From Methanobacteriota archaeon (GTDB lineage Archaea; Thermoplasmatota; Thermoplasmata; SG8-5; DAIRED01): a stretch of 64,000 nt of DNA. Numbering within the stretch: the first letter of the stretch is position 1; every line of letters begins with the position of its first letter. Below the pieces are notes generated by a model. That model was not told the DNA's origin. It did not search any database and saw only the letters and a program-made list of their open reading frames with translations. The position numbers and the translations under genes were made by a program. This document shows positions 28,499 to 36,764 of this stretch, one piece after another. The stretch lies in NCBI GenBank assembly GCA_043799545.1, contig JAZDNO010000006.1:96001-160000 (forward strand), in the 5' to 3' direction.

Positions 28499-29287
28499 AT
28501 GGGCGAATTGGTATTTGTCGGTTTAGGTCTCGGTCCGGGAGGCGTCAGCCAAGCAGGGCTGGAGGAATTGAAGGGCTGCGGCAAGGTCTTCGCAGAGACC
28601 TACACCGCGCCAGTCGAAAAAGGCATGCTTCCGGAGCTGGCAAAGCTCATAGGGAAGGACATCGCGCTTCTGGGGAGGAAGGATGTCGAGGACGGGAAGC
28701 TCATTCTGATGGAGGCGAGCCGGGGCAGGTGCAGCATCCTGGTCCCGGGCGACCCGATGGTGGCGACGACCCACGTAGACCTGAGGCTCAGGGCTGTGGA
28801 AAGGGGCATCGTGACCAAAATAATCCACGCGGCGAGCATAGGCACGGCCGCCGCTGGCCTTCTGGGGCTCCAGAGCTACAAGTTCGGCCGGACCACCACG
28901 CTGCCTTTCTGGAAACCAGGCTACGAACCGACCAGCCCTTACGACGTCGTCGAGGCCAATCGCAATGAAGGACTGCACACTCTGGTGCTTCTCGACATCG
29001 ACGCAGAAGGCGGCGCGGCCATGACTGCGACCCAAGGCATGGCGCAACTGATTGCATTGGAGGCAAAGCTCGGCCGTGGAGTATTCAAAGCCGACACTCT
29101 CGCATGCGTGGTGGCCCGTGCCGGCCACGACGACGTTCTCGTGAAAGCGGGTGAAATAACCGTTCTCGCAAGAGAGGATTTCGGGCGGCCACCGCACTGC
29201 ATCGTCATCCCGGGCAAGCTGCATTTCATGGAATCGGGGGCGCTGGTCGCGCTCGCGGGAGCGCCGAAAACGATATTGAAGGATTAA
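28499..29287 (+). CDS. dph5: Diphthine synthase
   Basis: MGELVFVGLGLG, ETYT, GDPMVATTHVDL, LQSYKFGRTTTL, LHTLVLLDI, PPHCIVIPG. Confidence 0.93.
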   Translation: MGELVFVGLGLGPGGVSQAGLEELKGCGKVFAETYTAPVEKGMLPELAKLIGKDIALLGRKDVEDGKLILMEASRGRCSILVPGDPMVATTHVDLRLRAVERGIVTKIIHAASIGTAAAGLLGLQSYKFGRTTTLPFWKPGYEPTSPYDVVEANRNEGLHTLVLLDIDAEGGAAMTATQGMAQLIALEAKLGRGVFKADTLACVVARAGHDDVLVKAGEITVLAREDFGRPPHCIVIPGKLHFMESGALVALAGAPKTILKD

Positions 29288-29934
29288 ATCCCCAGCGCCT
29301 GTTTCAACTCATCCATTCCGACGCCGTGCTTCGCATCCGTGAGAATAACCGGAGCCCTCGAATTGAGGTTTTTAGCATCTGACACAAGGACCTGCGGGTC
29401 CACTTCGACCGCGCCAGCCAGGTCAATCTTGTTTATCACGATGAGGTCGGCGATTGTGAAAATCAACGGGTGCTTCCTCACCATGTCGTCTCCTTCAGTC
29501 ACGGAGATTACAACGACGCGCTTGTCGGTGCCGAGGGGGAAATCCCCCGGGCATACGAGGTTGCCCACGTTCTCGATGAAGAGGATGTCCAGCTCTTCCA
29601 ACTTTAGGTGCTCCAGGGCGTGGTCGACCATGTGCGCGTCTAGGTGGCATTCTTTCCCGGTATTGACGTTCTCGGCTGTCGCACCCCTATTGACAAAACG
29701 CCTGTAATCGTCATCCCCCGCCACATCGCCAGCGATGCACCCCACCCTTTTCCCGTTTGCTTTCAACGCCTCTATCATCTTCTCGATGATGAGCGTCTTG
29801 CCAGAGCCTATTGAGCCGACGAAATCAAACGACTTGATTCCTTTGGATTTCAGGCGGACGTGGTTGTCGTCTGCGATGCGCAAATTCGCACCTAGTACGT
29901 TGGCCCCGAGATCCACGTCCACGACCTTGTGCAG
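29284..29934 (-). CDS. hypB: HypB Ni-insertion GTPase; probable CTG start
   Basis: GSIGSGKT, ECHLDAHMV, ENVGNLVCP, EGDDMVRKHP, NKID; RBS GGGGTGA 4 nt before CTG-CAC-AAG (HKVVDV, a HypB-type N-terminus). Confidence 0.9.
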   Translation of the reverse strand: MHKVVDVDLGANVLGANLRIADDNHVRLKSKGIKSFDFVGSIGSGKTLIIEKMIEALKANGKRVGCIAGDVAGDDDYRRFVNRGATAENVNTGKECHLDAHMVDHALEHLKLEELDILFIENVGNLVCPGDFPLGTDKRVVVISVTEGDDMVRKHPLIFTIADLIVINKIDLAGAVEVDPQVLVSDAKNLNSRAPVILTDAKHGVGMDELKQALGI

Positions 29935-29938
29935 GCGC

Positions 29939-30112
29939 TCACCCCTTTCGCTTGGGGATGCTGCAGATGGCATACTCGTCCCCGTCCAAAAACACATCCA
30001 GATCGGGATGCTTCTCCTGGATCTGCCTGATGTTCTCCATGACCTCCGAGATGGTCTTCGTGCCGTCCCGGCTGAGCTTCACATGCACCCTCTTTTCGGT
30101 CAGGCTTAACAC
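29939..30112 (-). CDS. Small hypothetical protein, ~57 aa, below the ORF-track cutoff
   Basis: Hand translation (V/M)LSLTEKRVHVKLSRDGTKTISEVMENIRQIQEKHPDLDVFLDGDEYAICSIPKRKG*; its stop lies inside the hypB RBS; TTTATATA upstream at about 30161-30168 on the minus strand. Confidence 0.7.
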   Translation of the reverse strand: MLSLTEKRVHVKLSRDGTKTISEVMENIRQIQEKHPDLDVFLDGDEYAICSIPKRKG

Positions 30113-30265
30113 CCCGCCAGACGCTTCGCGCGCCTAGATACCACCAATCCTTGCCGGGGTATATAAACCTAACCTCGGGCGGACATCGGTCACTCTAGCA
30201 TGAATTCGTCATTGCTTCAGGTCAATTTATTTATACCATCTCGCTCATCAGCATCGCGGCCAATC

Positions 30266-30272
30266 TTTTTAT
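30266..30272 (+). promoter_or_regulatory. Putative TATA box for the KaiC-like gene
   Basis: TTTTTAT about 27 nt upstream of GTG 30300. Confidence 0.4.
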
Positions 30273-30299
30273 CCATTGGCCGGCGCGAGGTGCACCTAG

Positions 30300-32714
30300 G
30301 TGGTTCCCAAAGCTGGCAAAGACGAAGAAGCGACCTGTCCGGTCTGCGGTGGGCCCATAGACGAGGCTGGCGCGAAATGCGCCCGGTGCGGCGCGGCCTA
30401 TGTCGCCCCTGGAGACAGAAAGGCGAAAAAGAAGGTCCAGATTGCCCACGGCAGCAAGCCCGAGAAAAAGGAGGCTGCACCCGAGAAACCTCCCCAGGCA
30501 GCGAACGATTCTAAGAATGCGGCCGCCAAGGAAAGCAACGCCGACCTGGCCAAATGGCTGAGCGGCGAGGAGGAGGAAAAGGGCCTGACGGACTGGCTTG
30601 GTGGCGGCAAGACTGAGGCGAAACAGCCGTCCAGGCCCAGCGCAAAGCCAGCTCCGGCACAAGATGCCAAGGACTCCAACGTCGACGCTCTCAAAGCCTG
30701 GCTCAGCGGTGAGGAGGACACGCTTACTTCGTGGCTTGGTGAAGACCCCACGGCGAAACCCAAGGCCGCCTCGGTCCCGTCAGTGGTCTCGGACGAGGTC
30801 AGCAAGGAGCTGGGGGAGCGGGAGAGCGCCCTCGCTGAGAAGGAGACCGCCTTGAAAAAGCGCGAGGAAGACCTCGATGCCATGAGGGGGGCGCTTCAGG
30901 AGCAGCTTTCAAAGGTCCAGACGGGCGAGTTCGATCCGATGGTCCTAATAGAAGAGACGGCCAGGCTCAACAGGGATCTCCAGGCGGAGGTGAGGAAGCG
31001 CAAGGAGCTGGACGACGAAATTGTCCAGGTCAAGAAGGGAAGCATCGCGGTCATCAAGTACGTCAAAGCGCAGCAGATGCAGCGCGGCGGGGACGCGGCC
31101 CGCTCCATCCACAAGCGTCTGGACGAGGTCACCGCGGAGAAGGAGAGGCTCACAGTCGAACTCAAGAAGACCATGGAAATAAACGAAAAGATGAAGGCGG
31201 ACATGGCCGAGGGGCTGAAAGCCCTGCCCGACGGCGACCGGGCCATCAAGGAGAAGGAGATGGCCCTGATGGAGCAGGAAAAGCAGCTGGAAGCATCGAA
31301 AGCGGAGCTGCATGAGAAGGAAAAGCAGATGCGCGAAGCGGTGATTTCCTCCGGCGGGGGGGTAGGGGCGGCTTCGGCTGAGTTGCAGCAGCGCTTGATG
31401 GCCGAGCTCGGGGAGAAAGAGAAGGAATGGCTCAAGAACGAGGGCGAGCTGAAGAAGCGCATACTCGACCTTGAAGCCAACATACAGGAGCTTAAGATTA
31501 ACCAGAAGCAGGTCCAGGAGGCGGCGGAGCTCAAGGGCAAGGGTGCGGAGGTCAACGCAGAGCTCGAGCGCAAGATACGCGAGCTTCAGATAAAAGAGAA
31601 GGCGATGCTCCTCAGGGAGGAGGAGATAAGGAGGCTGTCCCAGCAGCTGAAGGACAAGGACGAGGAGCTCAAGAAGGTCAAGGAGCCCTTGAAGTACAAG
31701 GAGGAGGAGCTGCTGAGGCGCGAAGAGGACCTGCTCCACCGCGAGAAGATATTGATGGAGGAGCGCAGGAAGTACGAGGAGGCGGTGAAAGACACCGGCA
31801 GCCTCCAGACGCACGACATGAAGATGAAGATTGAGGAGCTGAACCAGGAGATAAACCGCAAGGAGGAGCAGATACGCACCAAGGAGCAGTACCTCAACGC
31901 CAAGATGGAGGACCTTAAGCTGAGGGAGCAGGGGCTCATAGGCCAGGAAATCGAGGCGCGCGAGGAAGACCGCAAGCTGGAGCTGAAAATCGAGAAGGTC
32001 AAAACGGGCACTTCGAGACTGGACGACCTTCTGCTCGGAGGCATACCTTTCGGGACGAACGTCCTGGTCTACGGTCCGCCTTTCGCCGGAAAGGAGATTG
32101 CCATCAACGCCTTCATCGCAGACGGCCTGAAGAAGGGCGTTCCGGCAATCTGGGTCATCACCGACAAGCTCCCCTCCGAGATACGCGAGGAGATGATGTT
32201 CATAGTGTCAGGGTACGAGGAATACGAAAAGCTCGGCCTGGTCAAATACGTAGATGCGTATTCCAAGAGCATCGGCGAGGTCACGCCTGACCCCAATGTC
32301 ACTTACATCGAAGAGGCCACGGACCACGTGGGCATCTTGAAGGCAGTGGACGCGGTGGCGAAGGAGCTGCTGCAGAAGCACAAGTACTACCGGGTGGGGT
32401 TCAGGTCGATTTCCACCCTGATAGCGTACCTGGATTCGAACGCCGCATTCAAATTCCTACAGCCGTTCGTCGGCAGGCGCAAGCGCGAGCGCGCCGTATC
32501 CCTCTTCTCCATCGAGAAGGGAATGCACAGCGACCAGGACATCCAGATGATCGGAAGCCAGATGGACGGGGCCATAGAATTCAAGATCGAGCAGCTGAAG
32601 ACCTTCCTTTGCATCAAGGGAATCGGCGACGTGCAGTCGAAGGCGTGGATAGAATACACATACAGCAAGCAGGGCATGGCAGTTGGCTCATTCAGCTTGG
32701 ACCATATACGTTAA
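30300..32714 (+). CDS. Zinc ribbon + long coiled coil + C-terminal KaiC/RAD55-family ATPase
   Basis: CPVCG...CARCG; about 420 aa rich in E/K/L heptads; KTGTSRLDDLLLGGIP, GPPFAGKE, VKYVDAYS, QMDGAIEFK. Confidence 0.88.
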   Translation: MVPKAGKDEEATCPVCGGPIDEAGAKCARCGAAYVAPGDRKAKKKVQIAHGSKPEKKEAAPEKPPQAANDSKNAAAKESNADLAKWLSGEEEEKGLTDWLGGGKTEAKQPSRPSAKPAPAQDAKDSNVDALKAWLSGEEDTLTSWLGEDPTAKPKAASVPSVVSDEVSKELGERESALAEKETALKKREEDLDAMRGALQEQLSKVQTGEFDPMVLIEETARLNRDLQAEVRKRKELDDEIVQVKKGSIAVIKYVKAQQMQRGGDAARSIHKRLDEVTAEKERLTVELKKTMEINEKMKADMAEGLKALPDGDRAIKEKEMALMEQEKQLEASKAELHEKEKQMREAVISSGGGVGAASAELQQRLMAELGEKEKEWLKNEGELKKRILDLEANIQELKINQKQVQEAAELKGKGAEVNAELERKIRELQIKEKAMLLREEEIRRLSQQLKDKDEELKKVKEPLKYKEEELLRREEDLLHREKILMEERRKYEEAVKDTGSLQTHDMKMKIEELNQEINRKEEQIRTKEQYLNAKMEDLKLREQGLIGQEIEAREEDRKLELKIEKVKTGTSRLDDLLLGGIPFGTNVLVYGPPFAGKEIAINAFIADGLKKGVPAIWVITDKLPSEIREEMMFIVSGYEEYEKLGLVKYVDAYSKSIGEVTPDPNVTYIEEATDHVGILKAVDAVAKELLQKHKYYRVGFRSISTLIAYLDSNAAFKFLQPFVGRRKRERAVSLFSIEKGMHSDQDIQMIGSQMDGAIEFKIEQLKTFLCIKGIGDVQSKAWIEYTYSKQGMAVGSFSLDHIR

Positions 32715-32718
32715 GCCA

Positions 32719-32871
32719 TCATTTTTTCCGCTTCCAAAGGAATAACGGCAACGGAACGAATAGGAAGAAAAACAGCCAGCCAGTTAATATGAATACAGTT
32801 ATCGAGGCTGCCATGGTTAGGATTAGAATCCCCATAAGAAACCAAGGCGAGAAAACCCAGTCCGCCTTCAT
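32719..32871 (-). CDS. Small membrane protein, 50 aa
   Basis: MKADWVFSPWFLMGILILTMAASITVFILTGWLFFFLFVPLPLFLWKRKK; ATGA overlap with the upstream stop at 32868. Confidence 0.6.
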   Translation of the reverse strand: MKADWVFSPWFLMGILILTMAASITVFILTGWLFFFLFVPLPLFLWKRKK

Positions 32872-33290
32872 GCGACTTCGATTCCGGATGAGGGCTTGGG
32901 TCCCGGGCTCTTCCCGATGTTGACCTGCGGCATCGGAATCGGCGGGGGCATCTTCAGGTCCCTGGAGACCATGACCGCCTCTGGCACGCAGTTCATCATT
33001 ATCGCCTGGTGAACCTGCGTCGCCACGTCGTCCGGCATCTTGTGCTCGGTCTGCCACTGCTTGGCGACCGCGCTGGCATTGCCTTCGAAGACCATCTTGC
33101 CCTCGATTTTAATGAAGCCGATGCTCGAGTAGTTGGCTGTGAATCTGAACTCCACGTTGGCCTCCTTGTTATTGATTTCGGAGATGAGCGTTATACTGCT
33201 GTTGTGGTCTATCCTGATGTTGCCCATGGCCTCACCCAGCTTCGTGAAGCGCCGCGCGTCAATCGAGGTGAACTCGAAATTCGTTATCAT
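32868..33290 (-). CDS. Conserved-looking archaeal protein, possibly SecB-like fold
   Basis: Alternating beta pattern (NVEFRFTANYSSIGFIKIEGKMVFEG) followed by helix and PPPIPMPQV; family recognised only tentatively. Confidence 0.65.
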   Translation of the reverse strand: MITNFEFTSIDARRFTKLGEAMGNIRIDHNSSITLISEINNKEANVEFRFTANYSSIGFIKIEGKMVFEGNASAVAKQWQTEHKMPDDVATQVHQAIMMNCVPEAVMVSRDLKMPPPIPMPQVNIGKSPGPKPSSGIEVA

Positions 33291-33375
33291 GCACTATGCC
33301 AATGACCCGAGGTGGATTAATAACTTTCGCTTCTAATCGCTGCCGCCACAGCGCCATTATGTATGGTGCATCTCA

Positions 33376-33557
33376 AGGCCGTACTTGAACTGCCGACCTT
33401 CGACGGAAGGTGTGATTGGCGGTCAGCTGTGTTCAAGCCCTATGTTCGAGCATCGAATACGCTCCGATGGTGGCAAATAAATCCGGACTTGAACCGCAGA
33501 ATCGCTTCGTTTAGCAATCAAGTTCGATGATTCTGCAAGTTCAAGTCCCCTGCGGCA
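33376..33557. repeat. Two tandem hairpin units downstream of tRNA-Phe bounded by inverted copies of its T-loop
   Basis: ACTTGAAC 33383-33390 / GTTCAAG 33431-33437 and GGACTTGAAC 33485-33494 / GTTCAAGTCC 33539-33548; inner stems GCAGAATC/GATTCTGC and GCCGACC/GGTCAGC. Confidence 0.85.
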
Positions 33558-35633
33558 TGAATAGCTGAAAAAATAAAACCTAATGCCGCAGGCCGGACTT
33601 GAACCAGCGACAACTTGATCTTCAGTCAAGCACTCTCCCAGCTGAGTTACTGCGGCACCGTCTCCGGGAAGCCCGCCAGCGTTGCGCTCCTCTGTGGCGG
33701 AGGGGGTTGATTGGACTGCCCCTACATTAAGCTTGCCTTCCCCACCTCTGGTGACCTCGGTGATATTCTCAACAAAGCTCCAGTTCACGGCGTAGATTTC
33801 CGCCCACGTCCCGCGGGTTTCGTTCTCGAACGAGGCGGCCAATACGAACGGCTCCTCCCTCAGCATCGCGAGCGTCTCGTCCGAGACCGGGGGAAGGCTC
33901 ATGCCGGCCAGGGAGACCCCGCTGACGCGCATCACGTCGTCCACGAGCACGCAGCCCACGCGGGTCCCGTTCGTTCCGTTTAGTACGTCCATGCAGTCGC
34001 GCCATTGTGTGGCGTTCCAGATGGCGGCGCCTCCCTCGAACGTCGCCCGGAGTCCCATGGCCTCCAGCTGCGTTCCGAGCCTGTGGTCGGTTGCGACAGA
34101 ATATCCAGGGGTGGCGTTCTGGCCAAGCCAATCTAGCGCCGCCAGGTCTTCGTCGCTTATCCGTTCGTCGAAGCCAATCTCAGGCGCCAAACGGTAGCTT
34201 GCCAGAGCGCTCCCGACAAGCAATGCGACGACCAGGACGGGGACGACGGCGCGCGAACCGACCCTCCAACCCTTTTCATCGATCCAGACGCCCCTGCCCT
34301 CCCACTGTTGCCGTGTGTCCAAGGATGCTGGCCGCAGGTCCGAAATGAATGCCGCATCGCTTCCCCCGACCGTTCCTCCACTCTTGGGCAGGAAGGGGAT
34401 GAACCTTCTGGTGGTCTCCATGGAAAAGGCCCTCTCAATGCTTGGCGCAAGCAGGAAAGCCATCCCCATGGCCGCGAAGAGCGACAGTGGCTCCATCAGG
34501 TACTCGAGGTGCCTCTCCGGCAAAAGAATGTCGCTGCCGACTGCGAGCGCAACCGCCATAGAGAGTCCAACCGCCGCGAACCATCCTACGATTTCAGAAC
34601 CCCTTTCAAGCATGGCGGTCCTGCTCAACCCAACAGCGCCGAAGGCCAGGATGGCGAAGACAGGCACAGAATAGACCGCGAGCATGGGAGTGGCCCTCGA
34701 TGCTATGGCCGGGCTGTCGGCGATTACCAGCAATGCAATCGTGAAGGTAAGGGCTGAGAACGCGAGTATGAATTTCATTTTTTCATAGCCTCGCGACACG
34801 GGGTCGGAAAGCCAATCCAAGACCGACCTGAACCGTCTCCTGAGAACCAGCAAAGCCGCGGCGAACACCGCATATGCCAGAACGATTGCCGGCCAGGGGA
34901 GCCTGGTTCCTGTTTTCACGAAGGAGAGCACCTCGGTCGCGACGAGCCCCCAGTAAGCGAACGCGAGACATGCGGCGAACGCGATGTATGCTAGCTGGGC
35001 CTTCGAGGGGGCTCGGCGCTGAAGCGCAACCATAGCCGGAAGGGACGCCAGATACAGGTAGGTTGTGAAGTGGTGGGAGCCCACCAGCAGAGCCGTCGAA
35101 GCGATGAGGAGCGCCCAGTCCGCCCTGCCCATCGAGGGCTTGGTCAGCAGGAACATGCATGCCAGGAAGAAGAAATGGCCCATCGTCAAAGGAGCCGCGT
35201 GGCTCGTCTGGTAGACGTGGACGGAATTGACAGCCAAGAGAGCCATGGCGAGAAGCGCGGTTCGGCGCCCCATTCCCGCATTCCTGGCTATGAAGTACAC
35301 GAAGGCCACGGATAGCCCGCCGAACACAGGCGCGACCTTCGTCATCAGCCAGAACGCGTCCGAACCCGTGAGCAGGTGCGGTAATGCCGTAACCAAATAG
35401 AGCACCGGAAAATGCTCGTACGATTGCCCCCATCCGATATATGGCGGGAACAGCGCCCCGTTGTTTATGACCGAAGATGTGAGACCGTAATAAATTCCCA
35501 TATCGCTTCCCCATCCAGAATATATCCAGGCTGGAACTGAGCGAAGGGCGATTGCGAGGGCGCAGAGCCCGATGAAAGCGAGGGCGTGCGGATTTCGCAG
35601 ATGCCGCCCGAGAAGCGCCCCCGTTCGAGACAT
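33423..35633 (-). CDS. Multi-pass membrane protein, GT-C/PMT-like glycosyltransferase architecture; frame runs through tRNA-Phe
   Basis: SGWGSDMGIYY acidic loop after TM1, YEHFPVLY, >12 TM helices, LPERHLEY, soluble C-terminal domain. Start set at ATG 35633; true 3' end uncertain. Confidence 0.7.
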   Translation of the reverse strand: MSRTGALLGRHLRNPHALAFIGLCALAIALRSVPAWIYSGWGSDMGIYYGLTSSVINNGALFPPYIGWGQSYEHFPVLYLVTALPHLLTGSDAFWLMTKVAPVFGGLSVAFVYFIARNAGMGRRTALLAMALLAVNSVHVYQTSHAAPLTMGHFFFLACMFLLTKPSMGRADWALLIASTALLVGSHHFTTYLYLASLPAMVALQRRAPSKAQLAYIAFAACLAFAYWGLVATEVLSFVKTGTRLPWPAIVLAYAVFAAALLVLRRRFRSVLDWLSDPVSRGYEKMKFILAFSALTFTIALLVIADSPAIASRATPMLAVYSVPVFAILAFGAVGLSRTAMLERGSEIVGWFAAVGLSMAVALAVGSDILLPERHLEYLMEPLSLFAAMGMAFLLAPSIERAFSMETTRRFIPFLPKSGGTVGGSDAAFISDLRPASLDTRQQWEGRGVWIDEKGWRVGSRAVVPVLVVALLVGSALASYRLAPEIGFDERISDEDLAALDWLGQNATPGYSVATDHRLGTQLEAMGLRATFEGGAAIWNATQWRDCMDVLNGTNGTRVGCVLVDDVMRVSGVSLAGMSLPPVSDETLAMLREEPFVLAASFENETRGTWAEIYAVNWSFVENITEVTRGGEGKLNVGAVQSTPSATEERNAGGLPGDGAAVTQLGECLTEDQVVAGSSPACGIRFYFFSYSCRRGLELAESSNLIAKRSDSAVQVRIYLPPSERIRCSNIGLEHS
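33584..33656 (-). tRNA. tRNA-Phe(GAA), intronless, CCA not encoded
   Basis: GCCGCAG-TA-ACTCAGCTGGGAGAGT-G-CTTGA-CTGAAGA-TCAAG-TTGTC-GCTGGTTCAAGTCCGGC-CTGCGGC-A. Confidence 0.97.
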
Positions 35634-35758
35634 CACGTTCCCCAAGTGCGAAGCCTCCTTCAAATTCGCAACAGGATTTAGTGGTTTTGTGAGGATATAA
35701 GCATATTTGTAAAGCGGTGCCGGGAAGCGCTGAAATGCATATCGTAACCAGCGACATC

Positions 35759-35785
35759 TATATATATATAATAGGCTATAATTGG
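35759..35785. promoter_or_regulatory. AT-rich divergent promoter region, (TA)6 run
   Basis: TATATATATATAATAGGCTATAATT between the divergent membrane-protein and pilin genes. Confidence 0.45.
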
Positions 35786-35831
35786 TAAAGCGCGAGCCTA
35801 GCCAAGGAAATAAGTTTTGGGGCTTGAGAAG

Positions 35832-36764
35832 ATGTATAGAGGAAGGCGAGGAGAGGGTGGGCGCATAAACCCCTCCCCGAGATGGGGGAGCGAGGGTGTA
35901 GCTTCCACCGTGGGAACGATAATGGCCCTGATGGTTTTCATGGCGATGCTCTCCGTCTTCACTAACCAGTACGTCCCGGTCTGGATGGAGGACAACGAAG
36001 CGAAGCATATGAACGTCGTCGAATCCCAGATGGGAATGCTCAAGCACGGGATTGACACGCAGATACTGGTGGGCCAGCTCGGTGGCGCCACGGACATCTC
36101 GGTGTACAGTCCCATTACACTGGGTTCGGAGGGCGTTCCGATGTTCGCAGCCCCGACTCAGGGTTATCTGGACGTGCTCCCGGACAGGGGGCGAAGCACG
36201 GTTAATTTCCAGTTCGACCCCAACCCCACGGACCCGACCAGCACACCGGTATCGATTACCTCCTCAAGCACCGGCAGCATAGCCATGGAAGCCCCGAACC
36301 GGTACTACGTTCCGCAGATACTCACATACGAGAACGATGCAATCATCCTCAAGCAGGGCGATGGGGTCATCATGAAGAGCGTTCCCCAGTTCAGTGTGAG
36401 GCAGGAGGGCAACAACTTCCGCGTCTCCTTCACGCAAGTCACTCTCTACGGTGTCAATAAATCGTACGTTGGAAGCGGGACGACCGGGGTGCACACATCC
36501 CTGAGGTACACGAATTCCAGCACGTACAACAACCTCACGACAGATGTCACGATAACGATAACGAGCACGTACGCAAACGCATGGAATGCCTATTTTAGCG
36601 ACTACTTGCCCAGAGCGGGTCTCCTTCCGGCGGAATACACGATAGTGCTCAATCCCCCGTTGGCGCCCACACAGCTTGTTCTCACGCTGCGTATGAACTC
36701 TTTCTCCAGCGTCACGGTGAACCAGGCGTATTTCGAAATCCTCATGGGGGAGGTGGGCGAGTAA
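35832..36764 (+). CDS. Archaeal type IV pilin-like protein, ~310 aa
   Basis: Basic leader, then SEG|VASTVGTIMALMVFMAMLSVF (class III signal peptide-like); beta-rich body. Confidence 0.8.
   Translation: MYRGRRGEGGRINPSPRWGSEGVASTVGTIMALMVFMAMLSVFTNQYVPVWMEDNEAKHMNVVESQMGMLKHGIDTQILVGQLGGATDISVYSPITLGSEGVPMFAAPTQGYLDVLPDRGRSTVNFQFDPNPTDPTSTPVSITSSSTGSIAMEAPNRYYVPQILTYENDAIILKQGDGVIMKSVPQFSVRQEGNNFRVSFTQVTLYGVNKSYVGSGTTGVHTSLRYTNSSTYNNLTTDVTITITSTYANAWNAYFSDYLPRAGLLPAEYTIVLNPPLAPTQLVLTLRMNSFSSVTVNQAYFEILMGEVGE

Noticed and set aside
28394-28584. Long N-terminal extensions of dph5 and trm5 given by the ORF track
   Set aside because: They overlap each other, and family-typical sequence starts at 28499 and near 28488
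29284-29934. Hydrogenase or urease operon around hypB
   Set aside because: No hypA/C/D/E/F or structural subunits in the window
30231-32302. Several minus-strand ORFs of 140-290 aa
   Set aside because: Antisense shadows of the Glu/Lys-rich coiled-coil gene
33376-33557. Integron attC sites
   Set aside because: Ends are AAC...GTT-like but do not fit RYYYAAC/GTTRRRY, there are no cassette ORFs between units, and no integron integrase is in the window
25591-33656. CRISPR array or mini-array
   Set aside because: Repeats are few, inverted and tRNA-derived, without the constant repeat-spacer pattern; no cas genes
35634-36047. 138-aa N-terminal extension of the membrane glycosyltransferase-like ORF
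   Set aside because: Crosses the AT-rich promoter and runs antisense to the pilin gene
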